Of a stretch of 64,000 nt of DNA, positions 10,535-21,425 are shown one piece after another (within the stretch, counting starts at the first letter, position 1; the number at the start of each line of letters is the position of its first letter). The DNA lies in the IMG/VR virus record IMGVR_UViG_3300022723_000207, positions 64,001-128,000 of that record. One strand, given 5' to 3'. The stretch comes from a virus. The notes under the pieces are model-generated. The model saw only the letters and a program-made list of their open reading frames with translations. It ran no database searches and was not told the DNA's origin. Both the position numbers and the translations under genes were made by a program.

Positions 10535-12213
10535 GTTTTGTATTGTGGGATAAACTGCGTTTGTTTTTCAAGCGTGGCAATGTATATGGGCATGAGAACC
10601 TACTGCAAAACCAGCCTGATTTTGATCGTGTCTTACGTGATAATGGTGAAGTTGATTTCTCCGATCCGAATTTTTTGTTAGAGCAGACAAACGTACAGAT
10701 TAATAGGCTTGAGCGCTATAAAGATTATGATCAGATGGATGAGGTTGGGGAAATTTCCCTGGCTTTAGATATGTACGCTGATGAAGCGTCTTTAAAAGAC
10801 CCAGAGCGTAATCACTCAGTATTTGTGAAGACGGGTAATGCCCGTCTTAAAATGGAAGTTGAAGACTTTTTATATGAGACCTGGAATGTTGATGCGCATA
10901 TCAGGCCGATGACTCGTTACTTGACAAAATATGGTGACTTACCACTTGAGGTTGTTCCAACAGTTGATAGAGATGGTGTTGCTCAGATTAGGCCAATGCA
11001 AGTCTACAATTTTACTAGAGTTGAGACCAAGTATGGTGATTTAGTAGGGTTCTTTTTCCAGGAAGAGGGTGGTGAGCCGACTTATTTGCATCCATGGCAA
11101 GTAGCTCATATGCGCTTGACTTCTTTTGAGCAGATATTTCACCCTTATGGAAGAAGTTTATTGGATGGCGCTAGGCGAGACTTTAGACGCCTGCGGTTAA
11201 TGGAAGATGCTGCTCTTGTTTATCGTTTGGTTAGAGCACCAGAGAAGCGCTTGTTTAGGGTGCCGGTCGGTAATTTAGCCCCTAAGGAGCGTGAGCAATA
11301 TATTCAGATTATTGCTAGACGGTTTAAAAAGCACAAGTTTATTGACCCAACTACTGGGTCTTTAAATGAGAGATATGCTCCGCACATTCAGGATGATGAT
11401 TATTGGGTGCCAGTTACTGGTGACGGTAGTGGTGTTGAGGTAGAAACTTTATCTGGCGCTGAAAACCTTGATGCTATCGCTGATATTGAATATTTCAAAA
11501 AGAAGATGGTCTCTGCGCTCAAGATACCATTCCATAGAGTTGGTTTAGGGGAAGCTTCTGGCGATCCTGGTAAATCTATTGCTTCTCAATCGCCAGAATT
11601 TGCTAAGGCAGTGCAATGGATCCAAGATCAGCTTATAGTTGGTATTAAGAAGATTATTTTGGTTCATCTGGCTTTGAAGAACTACTCTATTGATCAGATG
11701 AAAGATTTCGAAATATCGATGACATCAGCCAGTGCAATTGATGAACTCTATCGTATTGAAACGTGGGCTAGTCGGGTGGATATCATGGGTGGTTTGAAAG
11801 ACACAGGTATGTTCCCTGATGAATGGATTGTTGATCGGTTTACAGATATGACAGATGATGAGCTTGAATTAATGAATATTACCAAGAAGTTGCAGCAGAC
11901 AGAAGAGACAGAGGATACTGGAGAGAAAGATTTCTTTGAATATAATGATGAAGATAAGTATAATAAGTTATTACTAGAACAACGTTTAAATGACGCCAAG
12001 GATCTGAGACAGAGAATTAAGGAAGATCGTAATAAGTATGGATTCCACACGAGCTTTAAGAAGATGATTAATGATAATGAATTTGATGGCTTTGAAGACG
12101 AATCTTATTTGGAAAATGCTGATGCTAAAGAAGCAAAAATTATGGTAGAACAGATCTTAAGAGACGACATCCCGTTCGATACGTCATTAGAGTATGGCGA
12201 TGATCAGGGTTAA
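10531..12213 (+). CDS. Portal protein (gp20-like)
   Basis: LRLMEDAALVYRLVRAPEKR, DDYWVP, DIEYFKKK..SALKIP. Confidence 0.93.
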   Translation: MSFVLWDKLRLFFKRGNVYGHENLLQNQPDFDRVLRDNGEVDFSDPNFLLEQTNVQINRLERYKDYDQMDEVGEISLALDMYADEASLKDPERNHSVFVKTGNARLKMEVEDFLYETWNVDAHIRPMTRYLTKYGDLPLEVVPTVDRDGVAQIRPMQVYNFTRVETKYGDLVGFFFQEEGGEPTYLHPWQVAHMRLTSFEQIFHPYGRSLLDGARRDFRRLRLMEDAALVYRLVRAPEKRLFRVPVGNLAPKEREQYIQIIARRFKKHKFIDPTTGSLNERYAPHIQDDDYWVPVTGDGSGVEVETLSGAENLDAIADIEYFKKKMVSALKIPFHRVGLGEASGDPGKSIASQSPEFAKAVQWIQDQLIVGIKKIILVHLALKNYSIDQMKDFEISMTSASAIDELYRIETWASRVDIMGGLKDTGMFPDEWIVDRFTDMTDDELELMNITKKLQQTEETEDTGEKDFFEYNDEDKYNKLLLEQRLNDAKDLRQRIKEDRNKYGFHTSFKKMINDNEFDGFEDESYLENADAKEAKIMVEQILRDDIPFDTSLEYGDDQG

Positions 12214-12265
12214 ACTTTGGTAGCATCAAACGCAAAAATACTCTAAGAATGCAGGGGAATACCTA

Positions 12266-14884
12266 ATGTCCAACTCGCAATTGACTTCTGCGCCCAAAAC
12301 GCATGTTGATGCCAGAAAATTCTTGGGTAACATCAACAAGAGGGGCTTCGCCGGGCAGATCCGTCTGGTCGAAGGTAAGCTTCAAAAGCTTGCTGAAGAA
12401 ACCGACTCTAAGCTTCGTTTAGTAGCGCACTTTGGTGACAGCATCTATTTTGAAGATGTCGCTAGTAATGAATACTATCAAGCTGATATCAATAGCAAGA
12501 ATCGTGCTTTAAGTTTAGACAACATACAATCAGTTGTCATTGAAGACAAAGAGAAGGCTAAGGTATTCGACGAAGCTTGTGATAATTTAATTGATTCTAT
12601 TGAAGAGTCCCTGCAGAGTGGTGACTCATCAAAGGCTGAACAAGTATTTGGGCGTATTGCAACTGGTTACTGTACTCCTCGCGTTATCCCTGAGTGTGGC
12701 CGAGTGCGCACTCGTGATGGTAGTATTCATAGTATTAAAGTAAGTGATGCTCTGATCCCTGAGGAGTCACGTCCAGCAGTAGCAGAAGCACTAAAGGAAG
12801 CAATTAAGAGTTCACAAGTTGTGATAAAAGAAGGGTCGATCTCTATTGGTGAAGAGAGTATTGACCTACCAATCAATGAAACTACTAGGCGGGTATCGAT
12901 TGCCAGGAATATGCGCACAGTGGCTGAAAGCGCCTACTCTAGCGATAACTTCAACAGACTAGCCAAGACAGTTGCTGGGCATGTGTCCAATGACAATATG
13001 AAGGATGCCGTTGGCATCCTTAAGTCTTTCTTATCGGAAGAGCAAGAGTTTACTCTTCTCGATAAGCAGGGTGTTTATACTCTCATTGAAAATACTTTGT
13101 ATCGCCAGGGTATTTTCAATTATCATGCTATTCGCAATACTGCTTTGTTATTCTGGGAAACTAATTGCCATTTGAACAAGGCTGACATCATTAAGGAATG
13201 GTCAACGGCTGCGGCCAAGTGCCGTAATAAGCAGCTATCTGAAAATGTAGAAATTCTTAAGAGTGCTGCTGGTAAGTCCCCAGTGGTCTTTTCTGATGCT
13301 ATGGACAAGTTTAATCAGAGTATCTTTAATGAGGATCATTCAACACGCACTGTTAAAGCACGTTCATATCTCAATATGTTGAAGATGCTTAATAATGTCG
13401 TTACTGGATCCGATGCTGATCAAGCCGTTAAGGGTACAGTTGATGATTTAGTTATGCGCCTTGAAAGTGATCTTAATAACGTTGATGACGCTACATTATT
13501 TGAGGTGGAAGATCTGTTGGCTACTGTTAGTGCTGATTTGATTAATGACACTTCGACTTTATCTGATTTTAATACTATTCCTGAACCGTTTAGCGCTGAT
13601 ACTTTTGGTACTGAAGAAGATCTGGGTGATTTTGAAGGTGACATGGGTGGTGGCAACGATCTGGCCGGTGGGTTTGGTGGCGATTTAGGTGGTGATGTAG
13701 GTGATGTTGATGTCGAAGCAGAAGTTGATGTGGATAATGCAGCTGCTGAAGACGAGGAAGAAGAAGAGCTTCAATTAGATGATATTATTAATAAGGCTAA
13801 GCCTGTTAGTGAAATGAAAGAAGATGACATTAAGGTCGTCTTGGAAGCTTTGAAGGGCATGAAGCCAGAGTCCGTAGAGGTTGATGGTGAATTTAAGAAA
13901 ATGCTCAAGAAGGGCCTAACAGAAAGTCAGGCCACCTTCCTTCGTAAGGTCATGGACCATTCTAAGACCGTTAATAACGAGCTTTATGAAAGTCTGACTT
14001 CATTTTATTATGATCTAGTAATTGCCGAAGACAAGGGCGAAGAAGAGCAACAGCAAGACTCTTACAATTTTGGTGGCAATGGTGATATTGACATCAATGA
14101 AGACTATGCTGGAATCGAAGAGAAGAAGGATCCTGCCCCCAACGAAGGTGGCAAGGATGAAGCTGGCAAAAAGGGCGCTGAAGAGCGCGGCGATGAAGCT
14201 GCTGGTGCAGATGATGGTGTTGAAGAAGACATTGAAAAGGGCGAAGCTGTCGAAGAAGGTCATAAGAAGAACCTTGAAGGTCATAAAGAGGGAGATCGTG
14301 ACGGTGACTATGACGACAACCTCGAAGATGATAGCGTAGACGAATCAATCGCAGTAGTGTCAGCTGATAATGACGAACAGTTACTAAGTATGATCGATAA
14401 GGTTTTAGGCAGCCAAGACGACGAAGGTGAAGAGGACGATGATGAAAACGGTGAAGTAATTGCTGATGGTGAGGACGAAGACCCTCACGCTGCTGCCTTG
14501 GGTCGTAAGGACGATGATGAGCAGGATACTGCTGGCCCAGAAGATCATGAAGATCCACACGCTGTTGCTTTAGCCAATAAGGGTGACGATAGCGAATGGA
14601 GCGATGAGGCTGATCCTGATCAAGATGGTACACCCATCTGGAAGGATGAAGACGATCAGAGGATGGAAGACAAGGATCAAGAAGGCGACGAGATCCAAGA
14701 GGATAACGACGTAACTGATCCAACCCATGCTGACTATGACAGCGACAAGGCTGCCGAAAAGCATGGTGATGGCTCCCAAATCAATTCTAAGCCTAAGTTC
14801 TCTGATAAGGATTATGACGGAACCAGTGGCGCTAATACTGGCAAGAATAAACCTGGTTCTGGGCATCCAAATACGAGCAAGTAG
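12266..14884 (+). CDS. Large acidic prohead core / internal head protein
   Basis: Between portal and protease; long D/E-rich disordered C-terminus. Confidence 0.45.
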   Translation: MSNSQLTSAPKTHVDARKFLGNINKRGFAGQIRLVEGKLQKLAEETDSKLRLVAHFGDSIYFEDVASNEYYQADINSKNRALSLDNIQSVVIEDKEKAKVFDEACDNLIDSIEESLQSGDSSKAEQVFGRIATGYCTPRVIPECGRVRTRDGSIHSIKVSDALIPEESRPAVAEALKEAIKSSQVVIKEGSISIGEESIDLPINETTRRVSIARNMRTVAESAYSSDNFNRLAKTVAGHVSNDNMKDAVGILKSFLSEEQEFTLLDKQGVYTLIENTLYRQGIFNYHAIRNTALLFWETNCHLNKADIIKEWSTAAAKCRNKQLSENVEILKSAAGKSPVVFSDAMDKFNQSIFNEDHSTRTVKARSYLNMLKMLNNVVTGSDADQAVKGTVDDLVMRLESDLNNVDDATLFEVEDLLATVSADLINDTSTLSDFNTIPEPFSADTFGTEEDLGDFEGDMGGGNDLAGGFGGDLGGDVGDVDVEAEVDVDNAAAEDEEEEELQLDDIINKAKPVSEMKEDDIKVVLEALKGMKPESVEVDGEFKKMLKKGLTESQATFLRKVMDHSKTVNNELYESLTSFYYDLVIAEDKGEEEQQQDSYNFGGNGDIDINEDYAGIEEKKDPAPNEGGKDEAGKKGAEERGDEAAGADDGVEEDIEKGEAVEEGHKKNLEGHKEGDRDGDYDDNLEDDSVDESIAVVSADNDEQLLSMIDKVLGSQDDEGEEDDDENGEVIADGEDEDPHAAALGRKDDDEQDTAGPEDHEDPHAVALANKGDDSEWSDEADPDQDGTPIWKDEDDQRMEDKDQEGDEIQEDNDVTDPTHADYDSDKAAEKHGDGSQINSKPKFSDKDYDGTSGANTGKNKPGSGHPNTSK

Positions 14885-14889
14885 GAGCA

Positions 14890-15573
14890 GTGATGGACTT
14901 GGGTACCGCTAAATTGATTCTTGAAGACACACTGTTGTCCTCTACTGCTGAGGGCAATCAAGTTATTCGTGATTACTCTGCTTTTAAGCTTACTAGATCA
15001 CCAGAAGTTGTAACTGAAAATGTTAATGGTAGGACCAAGAAATTTACGAGGTTAACTGGTTTAATCCAGAAAGCGGACACGCCTAACGAAAATGGTCGTG
15101 TTTACCCTTCTGAGGTCATGCGAGAGGCTCTTGAGGCACTAAAAGAGCCAATCGAAGCACGTATGGTTCTTGGTGAGTTAGACCATCCAGATGACGCTAA
15201 GATTCATACTGAAAATGCTTGTCTGTTGTTAACCAAGATTTGGATGGAAAATAAAGACGTTTATGGCCAGTTTGAGATTTTAGAGGGTATGCCTAAGGGC
15301 CAGATGCTCAAATCTCTAATTGATCAAGGAGTTACGATTTCTATTAGTAGTCGCGGTGTAGGCGACATGGAAATTGAACTCATGGAAGATGGGTCTGAGG
15401 TTAACAAAGTCCTCCCTGGATTCCGTTTTGTCTGTTTTGATGCTGTAAACGAGCCATCTGTTAAGGGTACCAAGCTTAATGTGATGGAGAGCAAGCAGCG
15501 TCAGGCCCGTGTGGAGCGTCGCCGTAGTGGCGAGAAGCAGTTAGTATCTGCTATAAAAGAATTCCTTAAGTAA
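14890..15573 (+). CDS. Prohead maturation protease (gp21-like)
   Basis: NENGRVYP, GELDHP, ISSRGVG, FDAVNEPS. Confidence 0.92.
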   Translation: MMDLGTAKLILEDTLLSSTAEGNQVIRDYSAFKLTRSPEVVTENVNGRTKKFTRLTGLIQKADTPNENGRVYPSEVMREALEALKEPIEARMVLGELDHPDDAKIHTENACLLLTKIWMENKDVYGQFEILEGMPKGQMLKSLIDQGVTISISSRGVGDMEIELMEDGSEVNKVLPGFRFVCFDAVNEPSVKGTKLNVMESKQRQARVERRRSGEKQLVSAIKEFLK

Positions 15574-15598
15574 GCAAAAATCAGTCGGAGATACAATA

Positions 15599-17011
15599 AT
15601 GTCACAACGCCTTGCCGTACTTAAAGCCCTCGATGAAGAACTTGCTTCCATTAGGGAAGATAATTCTGGCATGGAGAAGGCCCCTGGTAGCGGGGTCCAA
15701 GGCCGTGAAGTACAGAAGCAGCCTGAATTCTCTAATACTGAGAAAAAGAAGGGCTTCAAGCTTACTGGCGGCGGTCAGTCTGTTGGTGGCGATGCTGGTG
15801 GTGTCACTGAGGGCGTGGTCTCAGAAGATGATGCCATTGAGAAAGCGCCCGGCAACGGCGTTGCTAGTCGCGATCCGCAAGATATTAGTGGCACCGATTC
15901 TTCTGGTGCTCCTAGTAACAGTGGTGCTGAAGATGGCGGCGGTCAGCCTGCGATTGATCGCGCTAGAGGCTCCTCTGTTGCTAGTTCCAAGCCCAAGTCT
16001 TCGGACGGCAGGTCCGCTGGGGGCGGTACTAATGCTAAGGCCGTGAGTAAAGCTAGAGGCAGTGGTGTTGCTTCTCCTAGTGATAAAGCTGATGGCATGG
16101 AGAAGCATAACGACGGTGTTAAGGAGAGTCGTAAGGTCATCGAGTTACCTCACGATGTCATGGTGGAAGCTGAAGATGGCACACTGAAGACCCTATCCAA
16201 AGGCACTAAGGTGGTCATTGGTGAGGGCGGCATGGGCATGGAATATAGTGATCAGGATGCTGGCCCTGGTTACGAAGCTGGCATGGATTATGATGATGGC
16301 ATGGATTATGATGATGGCATGGAGATGGTTGGCCCAGAAGAATGCCCTGTAGCTGATGCGGCTGTCGATGCTGGTGCCAATGCCGATTTAGTAACAAAGA
16401 TCGTTACGGCGGTAGTTCAAGCTCTTAATGGCGCTGGTGATTATGACTATGCTATGGAGGGCAAGGAAATTCTGCCAGAAGCTCTATTAGAGGACGTTAA
16501 AAAGCTCTTAGAGGGTGATAAGAAGAGGCAGGGTCACGCTGGTAAGCGTAAGAGTTATGGCAAGAAGGGCAAGAGCACGCAGTATGGCAAGATGGATGAG
16601 GACGAGGATCCTCACGCTGCTGCCTTGGGTCGTAAGGACGATGATGAGCAGGATGATGCAGACAAAGAGGATGATGAAGATCCTCATGCTGCCGCTTTAG
16701 CCCGTAAAGAGAGCAAGCAGAGACGATTTGGTGGTGTACTGAAAGAGCGTGGCGCTTACTGTGAGGAAGAAGACGAAGAAGACGGCTTAGATGCTACTGG
16801 TAGCGAGCTGGATATTGATGTTGATGTTGAAGATGAGTCTAGCCCTGATTATATCGCTGGCTTGATCGACGATGTTCAAGACGATCTTGATAACATCAAG
16901 GGCGCTCTTGGTGTTGGTGATGAGATGGACTACGAAGATGACGAGGGCGTTGATCTGGAAGGCGATGGCGAAGAGGACGAAGAAGAGGCCGATATCGACA
17001 ATCTGTTCTGA
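15599..17011 (+). CDS. Acidic low-complexity head-module protein
   Basis: KAPG.GV repeats, DPHAAAL repeats, location within the head module. Confidence 0.45.
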   Translation: MSQRLAVLKALDEELASIREDNSGMEKAPGSGVQGREVQKQPEFSNTEKKKGFKLTGGGQSVGGDAGGVTEGVVSEDDAIEKAPGNGVASRDPQDISGTDSSGAPSNSGAEDGGGQPAIDRARGSSVASSKPKSSDGRSAGGGTNAKAVSKARGSGVASPSDKADGMEKHNDGVKESRKVIELPHDVMVEAEDGTLKTLSKGTKVVIGEGGMGMEYSDQDAGPGYEAGMDYDDGMDYDDGMEMVGPEECPVADAAVDAGANADLVTKIVTAVVQALNGAGDYDYAMEGKEILPEALLEDVKKLLEGDKKRQGHAGKRKSYGKKGKSTQYGKMDEDEDPHAAALGRKDDDEQDDADKEDDEDPHAAALARKESKQRRFGGVLKERGAYCEEEDEEDGLDATGSELDIDVDVEDESSPDYIAGLIDDVQDDLDNIKGALGVGDEMDYEDDEGVDLEGDGEEDEEEADIDNLF

Positions 17012-17037
17012 TAACTAAGTCAAAGTAGATCTATTTG

Positions 17038-17065
17038 AGCCCCACTATATGTGGGGCTTTATTTT
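17038..17065 (+). terminator. Rho-independent terminator
   Basis: GAGCCCCAC-TATAT-GTGGGGCTT followed by a T-rich tract. Confidence 0.65.
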
Positions 17066-17099
17066 GGGAAAATTTCTATTAAAAGAGGTGGAGAATTAA

Positions 17100-17477
17100 A
17101 TGCCTGCTAAAAGTAAAGATCAAGCTACGGCTGCTAAAATTGCTCTTCAAATTAAGAAAGGGAAACAAAAGGCTAAGTCAGGAACGGCTTCTGCTCAAAT
17201 GGCCAAAAATATGACTAAAAAACAACTGAGAGATTTTACCAAGAAGGAGTCTCTAAAATTAGTTGACGATGTAATGGTCGAGCATGGTGGTCAAATGTTT
17301 ACAATCAAGGCTGGCACGATTTTCGAGACCGTTGGAACTGGCGCAGTCGCAATGATTCCGACTGCCTTGGGTTCTGACAAAGAAGATTATGATGACGACG
17401 AAGACGACGACGAAGAAGAGGAAGAGGTTGAGGAAGCTTCTAACTCTCAGATGTCGGAATTGAATCTAGATTATTGA
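17100..17477 (+). CDS. DUF3008-like small protein
   Basis: MPAKSKDQATAAKIAL..KKG N-terminus. Confidence 0.55.
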   Translation: MPAKSKDQATAAKIALQIKKGKQKAKSGTASAQMAKNMTKKQLRDFTKKESLKLVDDVMVEHGGQMFTIKAGTIFETVGTGAVAMIPTALGSDKEDYDDDEDDDEEEEEVEEASNSQMSELNLDY

Positions 17478-18072
17478 TATAAATCATGTTCTTAAAATAG
17501 TGATCGATGAACATCTCTTTTTCGCGGGAATACTGTTCATCATATAAATATATTTCGTTGATTACGGCGTCAAACTCATACATGGCTATTGTGTATCCCA
17601 AGACGAATTGAAATCCTAGATCAGTTAATATTGCCTGTAGTTTATTATTGTGCTTCTTATAATGCGCACGGCTTCCAAGTATTTTCCCGCGATATTCTGG
17701 GTCTTGCCATTTACGCTTTAATCCTTCGCTTACCATCTCGCGATATTTTGGATTTTGCCATTTTTTCTTACTTCGTTTTTTAGCTCGCTCGCGATTATTG
17801 TGATCAGCATAATAATCCTTAACGCTCTGGCTAATTTTATTGGCATTATGGATGTTATTGAGGGTCGCCCTTTGGCTCATTCTCTCTTTTACGTTAGGAT
17901 CTGAAAGAGCTGCTTTAGAGCGTCGGCTTTGTTCTTTACGATAGGTACTAGATTGGGTTCGTATTCTTATTTTGCATTTTCGACATACGAACTCTTCAAG
18001 ATCATGTTTCTTAAACCATGCCTCTTTGAACTCATAGTCCACATTGCATTTGTTGCATTTTGCGGTTGGCAT
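17440..18072 (-). CDS. Zn-ribbon / helical-repeat protein, probably a degenerate homing endonuclease
   Basis: CNKC...CRKC, W(Q)(N/D)P.YR repeats, eroded YEFDA nuclease motif. Confidence 0.45.
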   Translation of the reverse strand: MPTAKCNKCNVDYEFKEAWFKKHDLEEFVCRKCKIRIRTQSSTYRKEQSRRSKAALSDPNVKERMSQRATLNNIHNANKISQSVKDYYADHNNRERAKKRSKKKWQNPKYREMVSEGLKRKWQDPEYRGKILGSRAHYKKHNNKLQAILTDLGFQFVLGYTIAMYEFDAVINEIYLYDEQYSREKEMFIDHYFKNMIYINNLDSIPTSES

Positions 18073-18190
18073 CTTCTAAATATATTTACTTTAATCATTA
18101 AATAGATTGATTATTCGTCAATATAATTCCTCCCAAACGTAATTATAAGGAATCCCCATTTCCGGGCACCCTTAAGAGGAAATATTAATT

Positions 18191-18931
18191 ATGGGCGACA
18201 AAAAATCTTCATCTGGTCTTGATAAGATCGCATCGATCCTCAAGCAGATGGGCATTTCTGAAGAGGCTACCGGCGAGTTCGTCGGTGTCTGTGAGGCTTG
18301 GCACAAGGAAGAGAAGGACAAGCTCCAGCAGGAGTATAAGGTTCGTCTCGAAAAGGCCAAGAAGCTCTGCGTCGAAGAGGTTGAGGCTCACAAGGCCAAT
18401 CTCTCTCGCGGCGTTAAGATGTTCCTCGAAAATCAAGGCGACCTAATCCGCAAGGCTTCTGAAAAGAACGCGGCTATTGCTGAGTCTGATGCTGTCAACA
18501 AGCTTAAGCAGGTAATGAACTTGCTAAACGGCCTCGATGTTGATAGTGCGGCTAACGCGCAGGCTCTGCAGGCTGAGAGTAAGAAGAACGCTGAGCTGGT
18601 TGGCAAGGTTGCTGCCCTTACCGAATCCCTCAACAAGGAGAAGGCTAAGGCAGCTAAGTTTGGTGAGCTTTCTGAGAAGGCAATGGAACGCCAGCGTCTA
18701 TTGGAAAGCAAGATTACCAAACAGACCAAGCTCCTGTCTGAGGCTCGCGATGCTATCGCACAATCAGGTAAGAGCACCGCTAAAACCATTAGCGAAAACA
18801 AGGTCAAGGCCAGTAAGGCCAAGACCGCCAAGCGCACACCCATCAATGCAAGCGATGTCGGCAAGGGCAAGAAGGGTTCTAGCCCTGAGGATCCTTCGAT
18901 TGATGCCATTGCTGAAGCAATGGATGTGTAA
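18191..18931 (+). CDS. Prohead scaffold (gp22-like)
   Basis: Coiled coil directly upstream of the MCP. Confidence 0.65.
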   Translation: MGDKKSSSGLDKIASILKQMGISEEATGEFVGVCEAWHKEEKDKLQQEYKVRLEKAKKLCVEEVEAHKANLSRGVKMFLENQGDLIRKASEKNAAIAESDAVNKLKQVMNLLNGLDVDSAANAQALQAESKKNAELVGKVAALTESLNKEKAKAAKFGELSEKAMERQRLLESKITKQTKLLSEARDAIAQSGKSTAKTISENKVKASKAKTAKRTPINASDVGKGKKGSSPEDPSIDAIAEAMDV

Positions 18932-18968
18932 GTCTTACTCTCTCACAATAACCAAGGAATGATCGACT

Positions 18969-20483
18969 ATGAAACCAAATCGTCGTCAAGCCACGTTGCT
19001 CGCTGAGGCTAAGTCCAATCAGCAAGTTAAGCGTTGGGCCAAGGTTCTCAACAAGATGCCTGAGGTGCAGTCCAAAGGCAAGATGCAGCTCATGGCTGCT
19101 ATTCTTGAGAATCAGCACTCCCACATGGTGGGCGATGGCTCTCCTCAGAGCAGCCTTCTGACTGAGAACTCTCAGGCCGTCTCCACCGGCAACATTGCGG
19201 ACTTTACCCGCTTTGCTCTGCCCCTTCTGCGTAAGAGCTATCCCAAGCTAATCGCTGACAATCTCGTGGGTGTTCAGCCCATGAGCCAGCCAGCTAGCTT
19301 GCTGTTCTATATCCGCTACCGTTACGCTCTGACCAAGGGTCAGACCCAGGCTGGTACGCAGATCATGCGTCAGAACACCAGCCAGCAGTTCAGCCGTCAG
19401 AACGGTTGGGCGCTCGATCCTTACTACAGCTCCCAGACTGTTAAGGATGAGTCTCTGGCTATTGCTGGTGGTGTTATTTCTGGCAACCTCGTTCACAAGC
19501 CTGTGCTCGCTGGTACTGTGGTTGTTAACGTCTTCGCTGAAGACACCGACAGTTGCGATACCCCTGATCCGCTGATCCAGGTGACCTTCGATGCCAATGG
19601 CGATCCAGACGTTGTTGTTCAGTCTGAGGATGTCACTTCAGCTCTTAGTGTTGATACTGGTAGCTCCAGCTTCAACAATGACACTGGCGATGTGACTGTT
19701 ACTCTGACCGGTGGTTCTCTGCCTGCTGGCGCTTTTGCGACTGTAGACTATGAGTTCGACCTTGAGAACAACCCGTTCCAGCCTGAGGTTACTCTCAGCA
19801 TCGATAGTGATAGCGTTTCTGCTCTCACCCGTAAGCTGAAGACCTCTTGGAGCTTGGAGGCCGCTCAGGACCTTAAGTCGGTGCACAACATCGATGCCGA
19901 GGCCACCCTGACTGACCTGCTGGGTGACGAGATTGTCGCGGAAATCGATCGTGAAATCATCAATGACCTGATCATTGCTGCTAGCGTTCGTGCGACCCAC
20001 AACTTTGCTACCGCTGCTGGCGCGTCAGTGAACTTCGTGGACCGTAACATCGCGCTGCTCTACAAGACTCTGGAAGTTGCGAACGTTATCCACCGTACCA
20101 CTCTGCGCGGCCCTGCCAACTGGATGGTTACTTCGGCTGACATCGCTTCCAAGTTCGAGCAGCTCAATGACTTCCGTGGTTCTGACGCTCTCGCTACTGA
20201 TGGCATCGACATTGGCATCACCAATGCTGGTACCATTCAGGGCAAGATGAAGCTTTACAAGGATCCGCTGTTCCCGAACTGCAAGATCCTCATGGGCTTC
20301 AAGGGCAACAGCGCACTGGACGCGGGCTACTTCTACGCTCCGTACATTCCGCTGCTCAGCACCCCAACTGTGCTGGACCCGAACAGCTTCACTCCAAACA
20401 AGGGTGTTATGACCCGGTACGGCAAGAAGCTGATCGAGGATGGCGGCCTCTTTTATGCCACAGTGAACGTTAGTAACCTTTAA
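18969..20483 (+). CDS. Major capsid protein (gp23-like)
   Basis: LVGVQPM, TRKLKTSWSLEAAQDL, EIDREII, FYAPYIPL, GVMTRYG. Confidence 0.96.
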   Translation: MKPNRRQATLLAEAKSNQQVKRWAKVLNKMPEVQSKGKMQLMAAILENQHSHMVGDGSPQSSLLTENSQAVSTGNIADFTRFALPLLRKSYPKLIADNLVGVQPMSQPASLLFYIRYRYALTKGQTQAGTQIMRQNTSQQFSRQNGWALDPYYSSQTVKDESLAIAGGVISGNLVHKPVLAGTVVVNVFAEDTDSCDTPDPLIQVTFDANGDPDVVVQSEDVTSALSVDTGSSSFNNDTGDVTVTLTGGSLPAGAFATVDYEFDLENNPFQPEVTLSIDSDSVSALTRKLKTSWSLEAAQDLKSVHNIDAEATLTDLLGDEIVAEIDREIINDLIIAASVRATHNFATAAGASVNFVDRNIALLYKTLEVANVIHRTTLRGPANWMVTSADIASKFEQLNDFRGSDALATDGIDIGITNAGTIQGKMKLYKDPLFPNCKILMGFKGNSALDAGYFYAPYIPLLSTPTVLDPNSFTPNKGVMTRYGKKLIEDGGLFYATVNVSNL

Positions 20484-20511
20484 TTAGGAAATCTACCGTC
20501 CACAGAATTTC

Positions 20512-20543
20512 AAAAAAACCTCGCCATTGTGCGAGGTTTTTTT
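20512..20543 (+). terminator. Rho-independent terminator after the MCP gene
   Basis: AAAAAAACCTCGC-CATTGT-GCGAGGTTTTTTT. Confidence 0.85.
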
Positions 20544-20574
20544 GTATATATATAATTAAGACGGAGAATTTTCG

Positions 20575-21396
20575 ATGGCCAGTTTACTTAAACCAAATCA
20601 ATGTCTTAAATGTGACAATAAAGAAAATTTTATTCATCTTAGAAAGCCAGAAAGATGGGCATGCGGCAACTGTGATGAAGTAATAGTGCAAAGGCCAGGA
20701 AGAGGAGAATCTGGAGTATGCAGGGATTGTGGTGCCAAAAAAGAAGATGGAGTCCAATTTAAAAAGAATAAAAATCAGTGCATGGAATGTTATGCAATTT
20801 ATCAAAACAAGTATAGAGAAAAAAGGAAAGATGATTTAAATTCTAATAAGAGGAGATGGTATGCTGATAATCAGAAAGAACTTAGGATTAGAGCTAGAGA
20901 TTATGTTCAGCAGTCTCCAGAAAGATTTTTAATAGATCTGGCTAGAAGAACTAGGCACACAGCGCAAAAGAGAAAAAAAGAAAAAGCTGAATATAACATA
21001 GAACACAAAGACCTTCAAGAAATTTATGATTCTAAGAATGGTCTATGCAATATAACTGGATTGAAAATGAAACATGAATATGGGTCATTATATTCAATAT
21101 CTGTTGATCGCATAGACTCTGATAAAGGGTACATCAAAGGTAACGTTCAATTAGTTTGTAAAGGTGCTAATTTTCTCAAGAACAAGCACACACAAGAAGA
21201 GACGCTTAAGTTTTTAGACGACTATTTTGAAGCGAGAGCTGGCAGTAATGTCCTTAAATATGTAAAATCCAGAGAAAGACGATTTCATGAATGTGATTGC
21301 GGCAGAATAGTAACAGATGATGAATGGGACAGTGATGGCAATTGGTGTAACAATTGTCTAGAAAGATATTGGGAAGAAAAAGATAATCAGTATTAA
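20575..21396 (+). CDS. Zn-finger HNH-like endonuclease
   Basis: CxxC pairs; SISVDRIDSDKGY..GNVQLVC...N..K. Confidence 0.7.
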   Translation: MASLLKPNQCLKCDNKENFIHLRKPERWACGNCDEVIVQRPGRGESGVCRDCGAKKEDGVQFKKNKNQCMECYAIYQNKYREKRKDDLNSNKRRWYADNQKELRIRARDYVQQSPERFLIDLARRTRHTAQKRKKEKAEYNIEHKDLQEIYDSKNGLCNITGLKMKHEYGSLYSISVDRIDSDKGYIKGNVQLVCKGANFLKNKHTQEETLKFLDDYFEARAGSNVLKYVKSRERRFHECDCGRIVTDDEWDSDGNWCNNCLERYWEEKDNQY

Positions 21397-21425
21397 TCAT
21401 AAATAGCAAATTGTTATAGATTAAT

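Noticed and set aside
14015-16700. Overlapping or antisense ORFs such as 14094..14723 (-)
   Set aside because: Shadow frames of codon-biased acidic genes with no recognisable motifs
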